In this document: positions 1 through 8,782 of the stretch, piece after piece
How positions within the stretch are numbered: position 1 is the stretch's first letter
Layout of the letters: each line of letters starts with the position of its first letter
Assembly (NCBI GenBank): GCA_964519305.1
Contig: CAZFHY010000016.1
Location: 1-64,000, forward strand
Source of the DNA: Candidatus Undinarchaeota archaeon
Lineage (GTDB): Archaea > SpSt-1190 > JASMDC01
Length of the DNA: 64,000 bases
Direction of reading: 5' to 3'
Notes under the pieces: generated by a model
Told to the model about the DNA's origin: nothing
The model's input: only the letters and a program-made list of their open reading frames with translations
The model's database searches: none
Program-made: the position numbers and the translations under genes

Positions 1-494
1 TTCAATGGTACAGAGAACTCGATCGCACCAGCAAGGCTCCCCGCGATAGCTGCAAGGATCAGACGCGGAAGAGGCCATGGCCCGTGACCGTCCAACCAAC
101 CGCGGGACAGCAGGATGGCCCCTACCAAGGTGCTCATCCATATCCCGTCAGCGACTAGAAAGAAGTAGACGTTGGTCTTTGCCTGTGATGATGTGGCCAA
201 TGTAGCTAGAATGATGTCAAGGACAACCCCTCCGGCCACCTTACCAACACCTCCTCCTATTAGACCGACGAAGAGCATCACTGATAATGAATTCAAGTTT
301 GGACGATATGCGAGCGAGATTGCCATGGCGATGAGGCATCCAAAGATACCTCCAGCATAGAACGAGGCAATGGTAGGTCCGAACGACAGTACCGTGACGT
401 CCCATAGGATGGTCTCTATGTAGGATGCTAAAAGACCCGAGAGCGCACCGGCAAGGGCACAAACGAGAAGAAGATTCGACCTACCGGTCAGCAT
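1..494 (-). CDS. multi-pass membrane protein, runs off the window edge (not in the ORF track)
   Basis: Own translation from ATG at 494: MLTGRSNLLLVCALAGALSGLLASYIETILWD...FVGLIGGGVGKVAGG..., open to position 1. Gly/Ala-rich hydrophobic helices; purine-rich GGAGCGAGGA just upstream. Confidence 0.7.
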   Translation of the reverse strand, partial: MLTGRSNLLLVCALAGALSGLLASYIETILWDVTVLSFGPTIASFYAGGIFGCLIAMAISLAYRPNLNSLSVMLFVGLIGGGVGKVAGGVVLDIILATLATSSQAKTNVYFFLVADGIWMSTLVGAILLSRGWLDGHGPWPLPRLILAAIAGSLAGAIEFSVPL

Positions 495-1045
495 GTTATC
501 CTCGCTCCCATGTAGGTCTTCATGGGTGCTCGACCGTTGTTTAGAGGCCTTTTTCTTGGTGGAATCAGTATCTCTCATTGATGACTCCGTGCTTCTCGTA
601 TATCACTAATCTCGGTTTCCTGTGATTACGTTCATACGTAATTAACCTTTCCTTTAGAAGGAGCGAGAAGAAATAAGACAGTGAGGCCCACGTCGGATCA
701 CCAACCGTCGTCGGGGCTGGGGAGGGGGAAGGCGTTATCGACGCGGGCCTCATGGGAAGGCGTGGAGGGACCGGGCACCATCGCATTACTGTGGTGCCAA
801 TTATAGTAGTCGAGTGCGCGGATGTCGCACACGTGGTCAGGGCGGTCGGTGTTGTCGTTTGTCTACGTGAGGGACTCGGCTCCCTACACACGCCGTTAGG
901 TATTCAGCCGTTCCGGATATATAAGTACAGTGAACGGGACATGGAACAACATGGAACACCCGCGTGCTCAGGACCCCTTGGGCCGCTCTGCGGTGCCTTA
1001 TTCATATAAAACTTCATGCAGAAGATGGCTAGCAGGTAGTCATAC

Positions 1046-4000
1046 GTGGTGCTCGAGAACCTCTTTGGTGATGCTGGTCGGGCCAGGACGGCCGAGCGAC
1101 AGGGCGAGTTCGTGGAAGCTGCAAACCTGTACGAGAAGGCCAACAACTGGGAGGACGCCGGTCGCTGCTGGGATGCCGCCCAACAACCGAACCGGGCAGG
1201 TGACGCCTGGGAACGGGCCGCCTATGAGCAATGGAAGTCCGGCAACTGGGAGAAAGCAGCCCATGCATGGGAATCGGCCCACAGCTGGGAGAAGGCAGCG
1301 CGAGCTTGGGAGAAGGCCGGGAAAATGGACCGGCTCCTTGGTGTTTTCGTGCACCTTGAGGACTGGTTGGAGGCAGGTAGGCTCGCTCGCAAGCTAGGAC
1401 GTCTGGAGGAGGCGGGACGACACCTCGAGATGGCCCGCGCCTGGGTCGAGGCCGGTGAGGTATACGCAGCGACAGGCGACCATCTTAAAGCCGCGGACTG
1501 CTTCGAACAAGGGAACATGTGGGACCTCGCTGGTGAGGAATACGCCCAGGCAGGAGAGTGGGAGGGCGCCTTCGTCGCCTTCAAGAAAGCTGGTGATGTC
1601 ATGAACGCGGCGGTCGCTTCCGAGCGGCTCGAGCGATGGATGCATGCAGCAGCTCTCTTCAATGCCGCCAAGGTCCCTGGACGTGCAGCCCTCAACTACA
1701 TGCGGGCCAAGCAATGGCAGAAGGCCGTTCGCCTCTGCGAGGAGGTCGAGGACCTCCGTGGGGCCGGTATCTGCTACGAGAAGCTGGGCGAGTTCGAGAA
1801 GGCAGCGGACCTGCTGGAGAATGCGGGGCTCTGGGCACATGCCGCCAAGAACCGCATCCGTCTGAAGGACTGGAAGACAGCCGCCACCGACCTCGTAAAG
1901 GCCGAGCATTGGGGGCGGGCAGCACCTTGCTTCGAGAAACGCAAGTTGTACCCCGAAGCGGCCGAGGCGTGGGAGAAAGCAAAGAACTGGAAGAAGGCCG
2001 GCCGACTCTTCGCAAAGATCGGTGATGACCTGGCCGCCGCCCGTAATTACGAGCGTGCCGAGGAATGGGACCGCGCGGGAGTCCATTACGGGAAGGCCGG
2101 GGAGTGGACCAAGGCAGGAGCCGCCCTTGAGAAGGCCGCCGACTGGAAGAACGCTGCCCGATGCTACGAGAACGCTGAGATGTGGGAGAACGCTGCCCAC
2201 GCGTTCGAGGAAGCAGGGGCGTGGAAGGAAGCTGCCGAGGACCATCTCAAGGCGAAGGCGTCGGAGAAGGCGGGACGCTCCTTCTTCAAGGCCGGAAAGT
2301 ACGAGCGTGCAGTGCCCCTCCTCAAGAAAGCGGGAGAGCGTGACCTCCTTGCCGAGGCATATGAGAAGCTCGAGCGATGGGTCGATGCCGGTAAGCTCTG
2401 GCAGGAGCTGGAGCAGATGGAGCGAGCAGGTACGGCCTTCGAGAAGGGCGAAGCCTACGAGCTGGCCGGTGAATGTTTCGAGAACGTCGAGCTAATGGAG
2501 CAGGCCGCTCTTGCCTACCACGAGGCAGAGGAATGGGACCGTGCCGGCCGCTGTTTCCGTGCGTCAGGGATGGACCTCGAAGCGGGCAGAGCCTTCTTCA
2601 AGGCAAAAGAATGGCGGGACGCAGGTATATCGTTCAAGAAGGTCGATGAATGGGAGAAGGCCGGTGACTCGTTCGCCAACGGGAAGGCATGGCACGAGGC
2701 GGCCGAAAGCTACGAGCGGGCCCAGATGCTGAAGGAGGCCGGCGAGTGCTACGAGCGTGCCGACGATTACAAAGAAGCCGCAGAGTGCATGGAGAAGGCC
2801 GGGGAGATAGCTGACGCTGCGGCGCTATACCGCAAAGCGCGCGTGTGGAACCGGGCCGGCGAGTGCTTCATGACGGTCGAGAACCATGCCGACGCTGCTG
2901 AGATGTTCGATCGTGCGCGGTTGCCTGCCAAGGCCGCGATCGCCTGGGAGAAGGCCGGAGCGCTCGACAAGGCCGCAGAACGCTACCAGGTGAGCGGTGA
3001 TCATTCTAACGAGGGCCGTTGCCTCGAGACCATCGCTGAGCACGCTCGAGCGGCCGAAGCGTTCCTTCAGGCCAACGACCTACCCGCGGCCGCACGTAAC
3101 TTCGAGGCAGCGGGCCATCTCTCACGTGCAGGAGAACTGTTCAGGGACCTCGGGAAGCTCGATGCCGCTGCCAGATGCTACTCTGGTGCCGGTGAGTGGA
3201 TCCTGGCCGGTGAGTGCCACGAGGATGCCAAGAAGCCCGGGAAGGCCGGAAAGTGTTACGAGAAGGCCTGCGAATGGGAGCGGGCCGGTACATGTTACGA
3301 GACGGCCCGCAAGTGGGCCAAGGCCGGTTCATGCTTCTACCAGTGCCGCCTATGGGAGCGCGCTGGGACCTGCTACGCAAAGGCAGAGGACTGGGATGCC
3401 GCCTGTCGCTCCTGGCTCCATGCTGGACTAATGCGACCCGTGGAGGACTGTATCGTCCGCCCCGAGCGCAGAAGGACCCTGTCCTGGGACGTCGCACGCG
3501 AGGTACTTCCTCTGGTCACGGCGGTCCCTGCGTCACGCGGGCTCAATTTAGCGGGTACTCGTGTACGCAGACTTGCCGACCTCGGATGTGTGATCGAGGG
3601 TAAACCCGATGATGCCGTCGAGATACTCCATCTGAAGAAGGTCGTCGCATGGATCGAACGCGAGCATCCGTACCTCGACGTTGACCGTCTGCTCGAGATG
3701 GTCGGTTGGGAGCGTGCGGGCACGATGCGCGGTCCACTGGTGGGCCGTGCCCTTCGGGGGGATATCGCCAGGGAGAAGGACGTCGACTGTCTCAAGATGT
3801 GCCTTTTCCGCTCCGAGCGTGGCCGGTTGCCCAACGAGGTCGAACTGTTCGCGGTGCTCCGTGTACCAAGGGACCGTCTGGAGGGGCTCCTTTCGGGCGG
3901 GTTCCATGCATACGTCTCACAGGTCGAGCTGGACACGAGGAAACTCTCCAAGGACGAGTTCAAGCACCTTGACGCGCTATCGGCCCGGTTGGTCGCAGAG

Positions 4001-4885
4001 CTCGATCCGGAGGACGACGCTGGCACTGTGGCGCTAGCCCTTGATATTACCATGGAGGATGCACGCAAGCTCCTCGGGTTCAACCGTGACCTTCTCGATC
4101 GTACGACAGACGCCGGACGCGGTACCGCGCCTGTGGACAAGGCCGCGGGCAAGCTCATCACAACGATCGGCGGGCGTATCCGGGGACTTCCCAGACGGGT
4201 ACTGGCGCGTCGCGCGGGATTGGGACTTGGGACCTTATGGCGAGCGCTCTCGCATCTGGAGGCTCTCAAGGACGTGACCGTGGAGCCCGCTACACTCCCG
4301 AAAAAACGCGTGAACACGATCGAACAGCTCCTCCATCGCGTGGCCGAGAAACGCGGAGGATTGAAGGACGTCGAACTGGAGGAGGTCGTGGACCTCACCG
4401 GCAAGCGACCGTCCCTGGTCGCCGAGGCACTTGGGTACCTGGACTCGTTGGACCGTGACACAGAGACCGTACGACCCTCTGACCTCTCGGACAAGGAGGC
4501 CACACACCTTGGTGAGATCACGGACATGGCTCTAGCCGTGTGGGACGGTACTGGGGCTGCACCTCCCTTCCTCGAGGTAGCTGGTAAGGTGGACGCGACC
4601 CTTTCCGAGCTCAACCGTGCTCTGAACCTGCTGGATGCGGTATCTGACCTTTCAGTGCTCGTGGAGGATGGTGCGCGCGAATCTGACGACGAACTGGAGG
4701 CCCTGGCAATGGACATGCTCGAGTATCTAGTGAGCCATCCCGGGTCCCAGCCGACAGTAGCGGTGGCCGCTAAGGCCCTCGGCTCGTCGCCCGCCCGGGC
4801 GCGCAGCGTGCTCCTGTACTGCAGACGTGAGGCGGATGTCCGGGCCTTGCTCGACGAGGCCGTCCGGGTCGATGCACAGGCGTGA
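1046..4885 (+). CDS. large alpha-solenoid (TPR/SNAP-like, 13-aa repeat) protein with C-terminal tandem HTH-like units
   Basis: About 780 N-terminal aa of W/Y-x-x-A-[AG]-x-x-[YFW]-E-x-A-x-x repeats; C-terminal region with repeated segments such as 'VALALDITMEDARKLL'; TATA-like TTCATATAAAA near 1001-1011. Confidence 0.85.
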   Translation: MVLENLFGDAGRARTAERQGEFVEAANLYEKANNWEDAGRCWDAAQQPNRAGDAWERAAYEQWKSGNWEKAAHAWESAHSWEKAARAWEKAGKMDRLLGVFVHLEDWLEAGRLARKLGRLEEAGRHLEMARAWVEAGEVYAATGDHLKAADCFEQGNMWDLAGEEYAQAGEWEGAFVAFKKAGDVMNAAVASERLERWMHAAALFNAAKVPGRAALNYMRAKQWQKAVRLCEEVEDLRGAGICYEKLGEFEKAADLLENAGLWAHAAKNRIRLKDWKTAATDLVKAEHWGRAAPCFEKRKLYPEAAEAWEKAKNWKKAGRLFAKIGDDLAAARNYERAEEWDRAGVHYGKAGEWTKAGAALEKAADWKNAARCYENAEMWENAAHAFEEAGAWKEAAEDHLKAKASEKAGRSFFKAGKYERAVPLLKKAGERDLLAEAYEKLERWVDAGKLWQELEQMERAGTAFEKGEAYELAGECFENVELMEQAALAYHEAEEWDRAGRCFRASGMDLEAGRAFFKAKEWRDAGISFKKVDEWEKAGDSFANGKAWHEAAESYERAQMLKEAGECYERADDYKEAAECMEKAGEIADAAALYRKARVWNRAGECFMTVENHADAAEMFDRARLPAKAAIAWEKAGALDKAAERYQVSGDHSNEGRCLETIAEHARAAEAFLQANDLPAAARNFEAAGHLSRAGELFRDLGKLDAAARCYSGAGEWILAGECHEDAKKPGKAGKCYEKACEWERAGTCYETARKWAKAGSCFYQCRLWERAGTCYAKAEDWDAACRSWLHAGLMRPVEDCIVRPERRRTLSWDVAREVLPLVTAVPASRGLNLAGTRVRRLADLGCVIEGKPDDAVEILHLKKVVAWIEREHPYLDVDRLLEMVGWERAGTMRGPLVGRALRGDIAREKDVDCLKMCLFRSERGRLPNEVELFAVLRVPRDRLEGLLSGGFHAYVSQVELDTRKLSKDEFKHLDALSARLVAELDPEDDAGTVALALDITMEDARKLLGFNRDLLDRTTDAGRGTAPVDKAAGKLITTIGGRIRGLPRRVLARRAGLGLGTLWRALSHLEALKDVTVEPATLPKKRVNTIEQLLHRVAEKRGGLKDVELEEVVDLTGKRPSLVAEALGYLDSLDRDTETVRPSDLSDKEATHLGEITDMALAVWDGTGAAPPFLEVAGKVDATLSELNRALNLLDAVSDLSVLVEDGARESDDELEALAMDMLEYLVSHPGSQPTVAVAAKALGSSPARARSVLLYCRREADVRALLDEAVRVDAQA
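1103..3430 (+). repeat. degenerate 39-bp (13-codon) coding tandem repeat, roughly 60 units
   Basis: Periodicity visible in the protein, e.g. WEKAAHAWESAHS / WEKAARAWEKAGK / WERAGTCYETARK / WERAGTCYAKAED. Unit count is a rough estimate. Confidence 0.85.
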
Positions 4886-4914
4886 GCGGGAGAGCCCAAT
4901 TAGAAAAAGGGTGA

Positions 4915-4988
4915 TGGGCCCGACGGGATTTGAACCCGCGATCTACGGCTTAGAAGGCCGTCGCCTTATCCAACTAGGCCACGAGCCC
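4915..4988 (-). tRNA. tRNA-Arg (anticodon UCU), intronless, CCA not encoded
   Basis: Reverse complement GGGCTCG-TG-GCCTAGTTGGATAAGGC-G-ACGGC CT TCT AA GCCGT-AGATC-GCGGG TTCAAAT CCCGT-CGGGCCC-A folds as a cloverleaf; followed by a T-rich tract (CCCTTTTTCT). Confidence 0.97.
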
Positions 4989-5042
4989 ATCCGTCCATTG
5001 GTGTGACTGTGAGCGTGATACCATAGGGGGCGGTCGCCCCGG

Positions 5043-5411
5043 TCAGCGTCTGGAGGCGCGTCTGATCTTGCGCATCATGTCAGGTGTGAGAACCTCTACT
5101 TCCTCGTTCTCTCCAGCCTGCTCCTTCGATGCCTGACGGTGGAGGGTACGTGTCTCCTCGGTGTCGGGGAGGGTCTTGAACACGGAGATGCGAAGGACCT
5201 TTAGCTCGTTGGAGCTCTCGGCGAGCTCCTCCTCGAGAGCACCCAGCCGACGCTCGAAGTCAGTGGTCTTCTTGTTGATCTCGGAGACGGCCTTATGGAT
5301 GTCGAGGATGACGCTTCGGACGTCGGACGCGATGTCCGCTTCTTTGACCTTCTGCGGCTCCACCTTCTTCTCTACTTTCTTCTCATCCGCCTTATCATCA
5401 GTACTGGGCAC
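5043..5411 (-). CDS. coiled-coil hypothetical protein, last protein gene of the ATPase operon
   Basis: Heptad-like stretch VSEINKKTTDFERRLGALEEELAESSNELKVL; start overlaps the ATPase stop. Confidence 0.7.
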   Translation of the reverse strand: MPSTDDKADEKKVEKKVEPQKVKEADIASDVRSVILDIHKAVSEINKKTTDFERRLGALEEELAESSNELKVLRISVFKTLPDTEETRTLHRQASKEQAGENEEVEVLTPDMMRKIRRASRR

Positions 5412-7356
5412 TCTTCAAAGCCTCCAGGTCCTTTCTTATATGCTTAAGCACTTCGTCGGGGTTCTGGTAGTACGAGGCGATGAGCTGCCCCACTGCCTTG
5501 TAGTTGACAACACCCTTGTACTCGGCCCACCGCAGAACGTTGGTACGCCGGATGACCTCCGCCTGGAGGCTTGATCCCTTGATACCACGCAGACGGGCGA
5601 TCTCTCCGATGATCCTGCTCGACTGATTGGGCTCCAGCTCGTCGCTTGTAGGATCCCATTCGAACACGATCCGCGGTTCGGCGCGCTTGGATTCCACGTC
5701 CACGTCCTCTACCTCGACGATCTCGCTCACCCGACGGACGAACTTACCGGCCATACGGGTGCGCACAATGAAGATAATGACGTCCAAGTGCTGGATGAGA
5801 GCAGGAGAGAGGTTGATGGGTGGTGTCACGAGTCGGTCGACGATCTTCTGGAGATCGTCGGCGTGGATCGTCCCCATAGCGGCGTGACCTGTGGCCATAC
5901 CCTGGAACATGATAGCGGCCTCTTCACCTCGTACCTCGCCTACAAGGATGTAGTCGGGCCTCTGTCGCAGGGCTGCCTTAAGCAGGTCGGCCATGTCCAC
6001 AGTGCCGTGCCCTTTCTTACCCATGTCCGAACGGGCGACCTGAGGCAGCCAGTTGGGGTGAGGCAGCCGCAGCTCAGCTGTGTCCTCGATACTGACGATC
6101 TTCTGCTCGGGCTTGATGAAAAGAGCGATCGAACCCAGCATCGTTGTTTTCCCTGTAGCTGTCGGACCGGCTACAAGGACCGAGCTACCTGCCTCCACAA
6201 CGATCCAGAGGTAGGCCAGCGCCTCGTGGTTGATGGTGCCGTACTGAAGGAGGTGGATGGGAGTCAGCGGCTCATCAGTGAATTTTCGGATGGTGAAGTT
6301 GGAACCCTTACGAGCGATGTCAGAACCGTAGGTGGCCTGCAGACGACTGCCATCGGGAAGAGTACCGTCAAGGAGCGGCTCGGCCACGGAAATGGTCTTG
6401 CCCGTCTTCTGGGCCATCTTCATCACGAAGTTGTCCATCTCCTCCTTGGTCTTGAACGCGATGTTGGACCGCATCTCCCCGTAGATCGAGTTGCGGTGGA
6501 AGATGTAGATAGGGATGCCGATACCGTCGCACGAGATATCCTCGATGTTTGGATCACGAACGAGCGGCTCGATCTTGCCCATCCCCACGAAGTCACGGAA
6601 GATATAGTACTTGATCTTGTCCATCTGTTGTTTGGAGAGCTTGATGTCGAAGTATTCGAGCAACTTGTCGATCTGGGCAGTGAGATAGCGCAGGTGGGCC
6701 TTGGCCTTCGACAGCACGCCGAAGTCCATGTCCAGTCGCTCCTCGAGACGTGCTTTGATCTTCTCGATGGCGTCGGTCTCGTTGGGTGTGAGCGGGGGCT
6801 CGATAACGTTGTACACAAGGTCCTGTCCCTTGGGATCGTACTTGATCCAGGCCCACGCCTTGACCTCTTTCGGATGCTTTGGATGCCGCGGGATTAGAGG
6901 ATAGGTCTCGTTGATCTTTGACTTGTCTATCTTGTCGGACTTCTTGCCCACCATCCCTTTGATCTCGTCAGGGAGGTTCTCGGTATCACGGAGCGAGGGG
7001 AGAGCAACACCCTTGACGCCGTGGTGCTTCTTCTTCTCCAGAGCAGGGTCCTTGACGTGATAGAACGCGATCGGCTTGGAGGGATCGAGTCCACCCCCAC
7101 CGCCTCCTCCGCCCCCGCCTGAACCTATCTTCTCGACGAGTTTCTCGATGGCACCGACGAGCCGGGTCATTTCCTCCGTGGAGGCGCCACCGCCCGCCAT
7201 GACCGGTACCTGCTTGATCAGCACTTTTTCGGTCTTCTCGATCTTCTCGACCTGACCGCCGCCTCCGCCCGCGTCCTTGAGCTCTTCCCCGCACTCGTCG
7301 CAGAACCTGCAGTCGTCCTCGTAGGCCCGACCGCATAGCGGGCATTCTTTGGCCAT
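5398..7356 (-). CDS. type II/IV secretion system ATPase (archaeal FlaI/VirB11/TadA family) with N-terminal zinc ribbon
   Basis: Walker A GPTATGKTT, Asp box SIEDTAEL, Walker B DYILVGEVRG, His box TGHAAMGTIHA, archaeal YNVIEPPLT and DPNIEDISCDG motifs; N-terminal CPLCG..CRFCDECG. Confidence 0.95.
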   Translation of the reverse strand: MAKECPLCGRAYEDDCRFCDECGEELKDAGGGGGQVEKIEKTEKVLIKQVPVMAGGGASTEEMTRLVGAIEKLVEKIGSGGGGGGGGGGLDPSKPIAFYHVKDPALEKKKHHGVKGVALPSLRDTENLPDEIKGMVGKKSDKIDKSKINETYPLIPRHPKHPKEVKAWAWIKYDPKGQDLVYNVIEPPLTPNETDAIEKIKARLEERLDMDFGVLSKAKAHLRYLTAQIDKLLEYFDIKLSKQQMDKIKYYIFRDFVGMGKIEPLVRDPNIEDISCDGIGIPIYIFHRNSIYGEMRSNIAFKTKEEMDNFVMKMAQKTGKTISVAEPLLDGTLPDGSRLQATYGSDIARKGSNFTIRKFTDEPLTPIHLLQYGTINHEALAYLWIVVEAGSSVLVAGPTATGKTTMLGSIALFIKPEQKIVSIEDTAELRLPHPNWLPQVARSDMGKKGHGTVDMADLLKAALRQRPDYILVGEVRGEEAAIMFQGMATGHAAMGTIHADDLQKIVDRLVTPPINLSPALIQHLDVIIFIVRTRMAGKFVRRVSEIVEVEDVDVESKRAEPRIVFEWDPTSDELEPNQSSRIIGEIARLRGIKGSSLQAEVIRRTNVLRWAEYKGVVNYKAVGQLIASYYQNPDEVLKHIRKDLEALKSAQY

Positions 7357-7357
7357 C

Positions 7358-7765
7358 TTACTTGCTCACCCTCTTCCCGCAGTACTTGCAGTATTTAGCG
7401 CTCGCCGGGAGCGCTCGGGAGCAGTGCGGGCAGTCGATGCGTCCCGGTTTTCCACTGGGGGCCGCCGGAGCCTGGACGTTGGCGGTGACCTCGATGCTGC
7501 TCATCTTCTCCGCCACCTTCTCGAACGCTGTGACGAGCGATGACGTGAGCCGTTCCATCTGGGCGGATTCCGGCATACCCTTGCTGATGAGCACCTTGGT
7601 GCGTGACACGCTCTTTGTGAAATCGTGGACCTGGAGCTCGGTCCGCTTGAGCCGTTCCTCTGAGTTGATAAGGTGCAAACGGGTGTATTCGAGCTTTTCT
7701 CGGAGAGCGTTGAGCATCTCCCGTTCGCTCCCCGGGTCCAGCACGAGCTCTAGCTCGCTCATCAC
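7358..7765 (-). CDS. coiled-coil protein with C-terminal zinc ribbon
   Basis: N-terminal coiled coil and CPHC..YCKYCG; ends 1 nt before the ATPase start; TATA-like TTTTAAATA upstream. Confidence 0.75.
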   Translation of the reverse strand: MMSELELVLDPGSEREMLNALREKLEYTRLHLINSEERLKRTELQVHDFTKSVSRTKVLISKGMPESAQMERLTSSLVTAFEKVAEKMSSIEVTANVQAPAAPSGKPGRIDCPHCSRALPASAKYCKYCGKRVSK

Positions 7766-7855
7766 TATGGACTATACCCTTCCCGGTATTTAAAATTGTG
7801 CTAAAACCGGGCCACGCCACCAGCTTAATAAATATTGACACATCCCTCCGTTCCC

Positions 7856-8782
7856 GTGGACGAGGACGAGGCCATTGCCGCTTTGACTCGCCTTCTAGGT
7901 GACGCTGTCGGGGACGACTGCTTCGCCTTTACCGTCGGGGACCGCACATGGGCCCTCTCGACGGACATGCTCTTCCAGGACACCGACCTGCCATCGCGCA
8001 CATCTCCCGAAGATTGGGGGTGGAAGGCCATGGCGGCGACGATCAGCGACCTGGTGTCCGCCGGGACCGTTCCGCGTTTCCTCCTCCTCGCCATCGGAGT
8101 ACCGGAAGATTCCTCGGACCTTGTCGGCCCGATTGCCGCAGGTGCTAAAGCATGCTGCGAAGCGCACGACTGTCGTTACGTCGGGGGTGACCTATCGGTA
8201 ACGGACAGGGTAACGCTCGCGAGCTTCGGACTTGGCGAGGGGGACCGGGTGCCTGGCCGGAGCGGTGCCGTTCCCGGTCATCTAATCTGCGTCACGGGCG
8301 AGATGGGTAAGGCTCGTTTCGGTCACCTATGCCTCGAGGCAGGTCTCGATGACGCAGAGGATGTCGTAAAGGCCTTCCTACGGCCCCTTATACGGGCCGG
8401 TTCCGCGGGTACGGTCGGAGAGCTGGCGTCGGCCTCCATGGACATCAGTGATGGGCTTGCACGCTCTATTCGACAGCTTGCGGAACGGAGCGACGTGGGA
8501 GCGGAGGTCGTGCTGTCCGATGTACCATGCTCTTCTCGCACAAAAGAACTGTGTGAACGGCTGGGTGTATCATTCGAGGACATCGTGATCGGAGGCGGGG
8601 AGGAGTTCGAGACGCTCCTGACCTTGTCACCGGACCGGCTCGAGGAGGCACGGACGTCAATACCCACACTGACAGTTATCGGTCGTGTGACCGAACGGGC
8701 CAACGGACTTACGCTCGTCCGTGGAGAACAACGTGAACAACTGCCGTCGGTCGGTTGGAGAACATATGGGGTGAGTACATGA
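7856..8782 (+). CDS. thiL: thiamine-monophosphate kinase
   Basis: VGDDC, STDML, GWKAMAATISDL, VGGDL, SMDISDGL and GGEEFE motifs. GTG at 7856 preferred because it lies about 25 nt after TTAATAAAT. Confidence 0.92.
   Translation: MDEDEAIAALTRLLGDAVGDDCFAFTVGDRTWALSTDMLFQDTDLPSRTSPEDWGWKAMAATISDLVSAGTVPRFLLLAIGVPEDSSDLVGPIAAGAKACCEAHDCRYVGGDLSVTDRVTLASFGLGEGDRVPGRSGAVPGHLICVTGEMGKARFGHLCLEAGLDDAEDVVKAFLRPLIRAGSAGTVGELASASMDISDGLARSIRQLAERSDVGAEVVLSDVPCSSRTKELCERLGVSFEDIVIGGGEEFETLLTLSPDRLEEARTSIPTLTVIGRVTERANGLTLVRGEQREQLPSVGWRTYGVST

Noticed and set aside
565-1009. ORFs 565..891(-) and 752..1009(+)
   Set aside because: Low-complexity, non-protein-like translations without codon bias; treated as intergenic.
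1103-3430. 39-bp periodicity as a possible CRISPR array
   Set aside because: Units are degenerate, in frame and conserved at protein level, with no repeat-spacer alternation and no cas genes.
3373-4899. 508-aa minus-strand ORF
   Set aside because: Ser/Arg-rich antisense shadow of the solenoid gene, typical of high-GC DNA.
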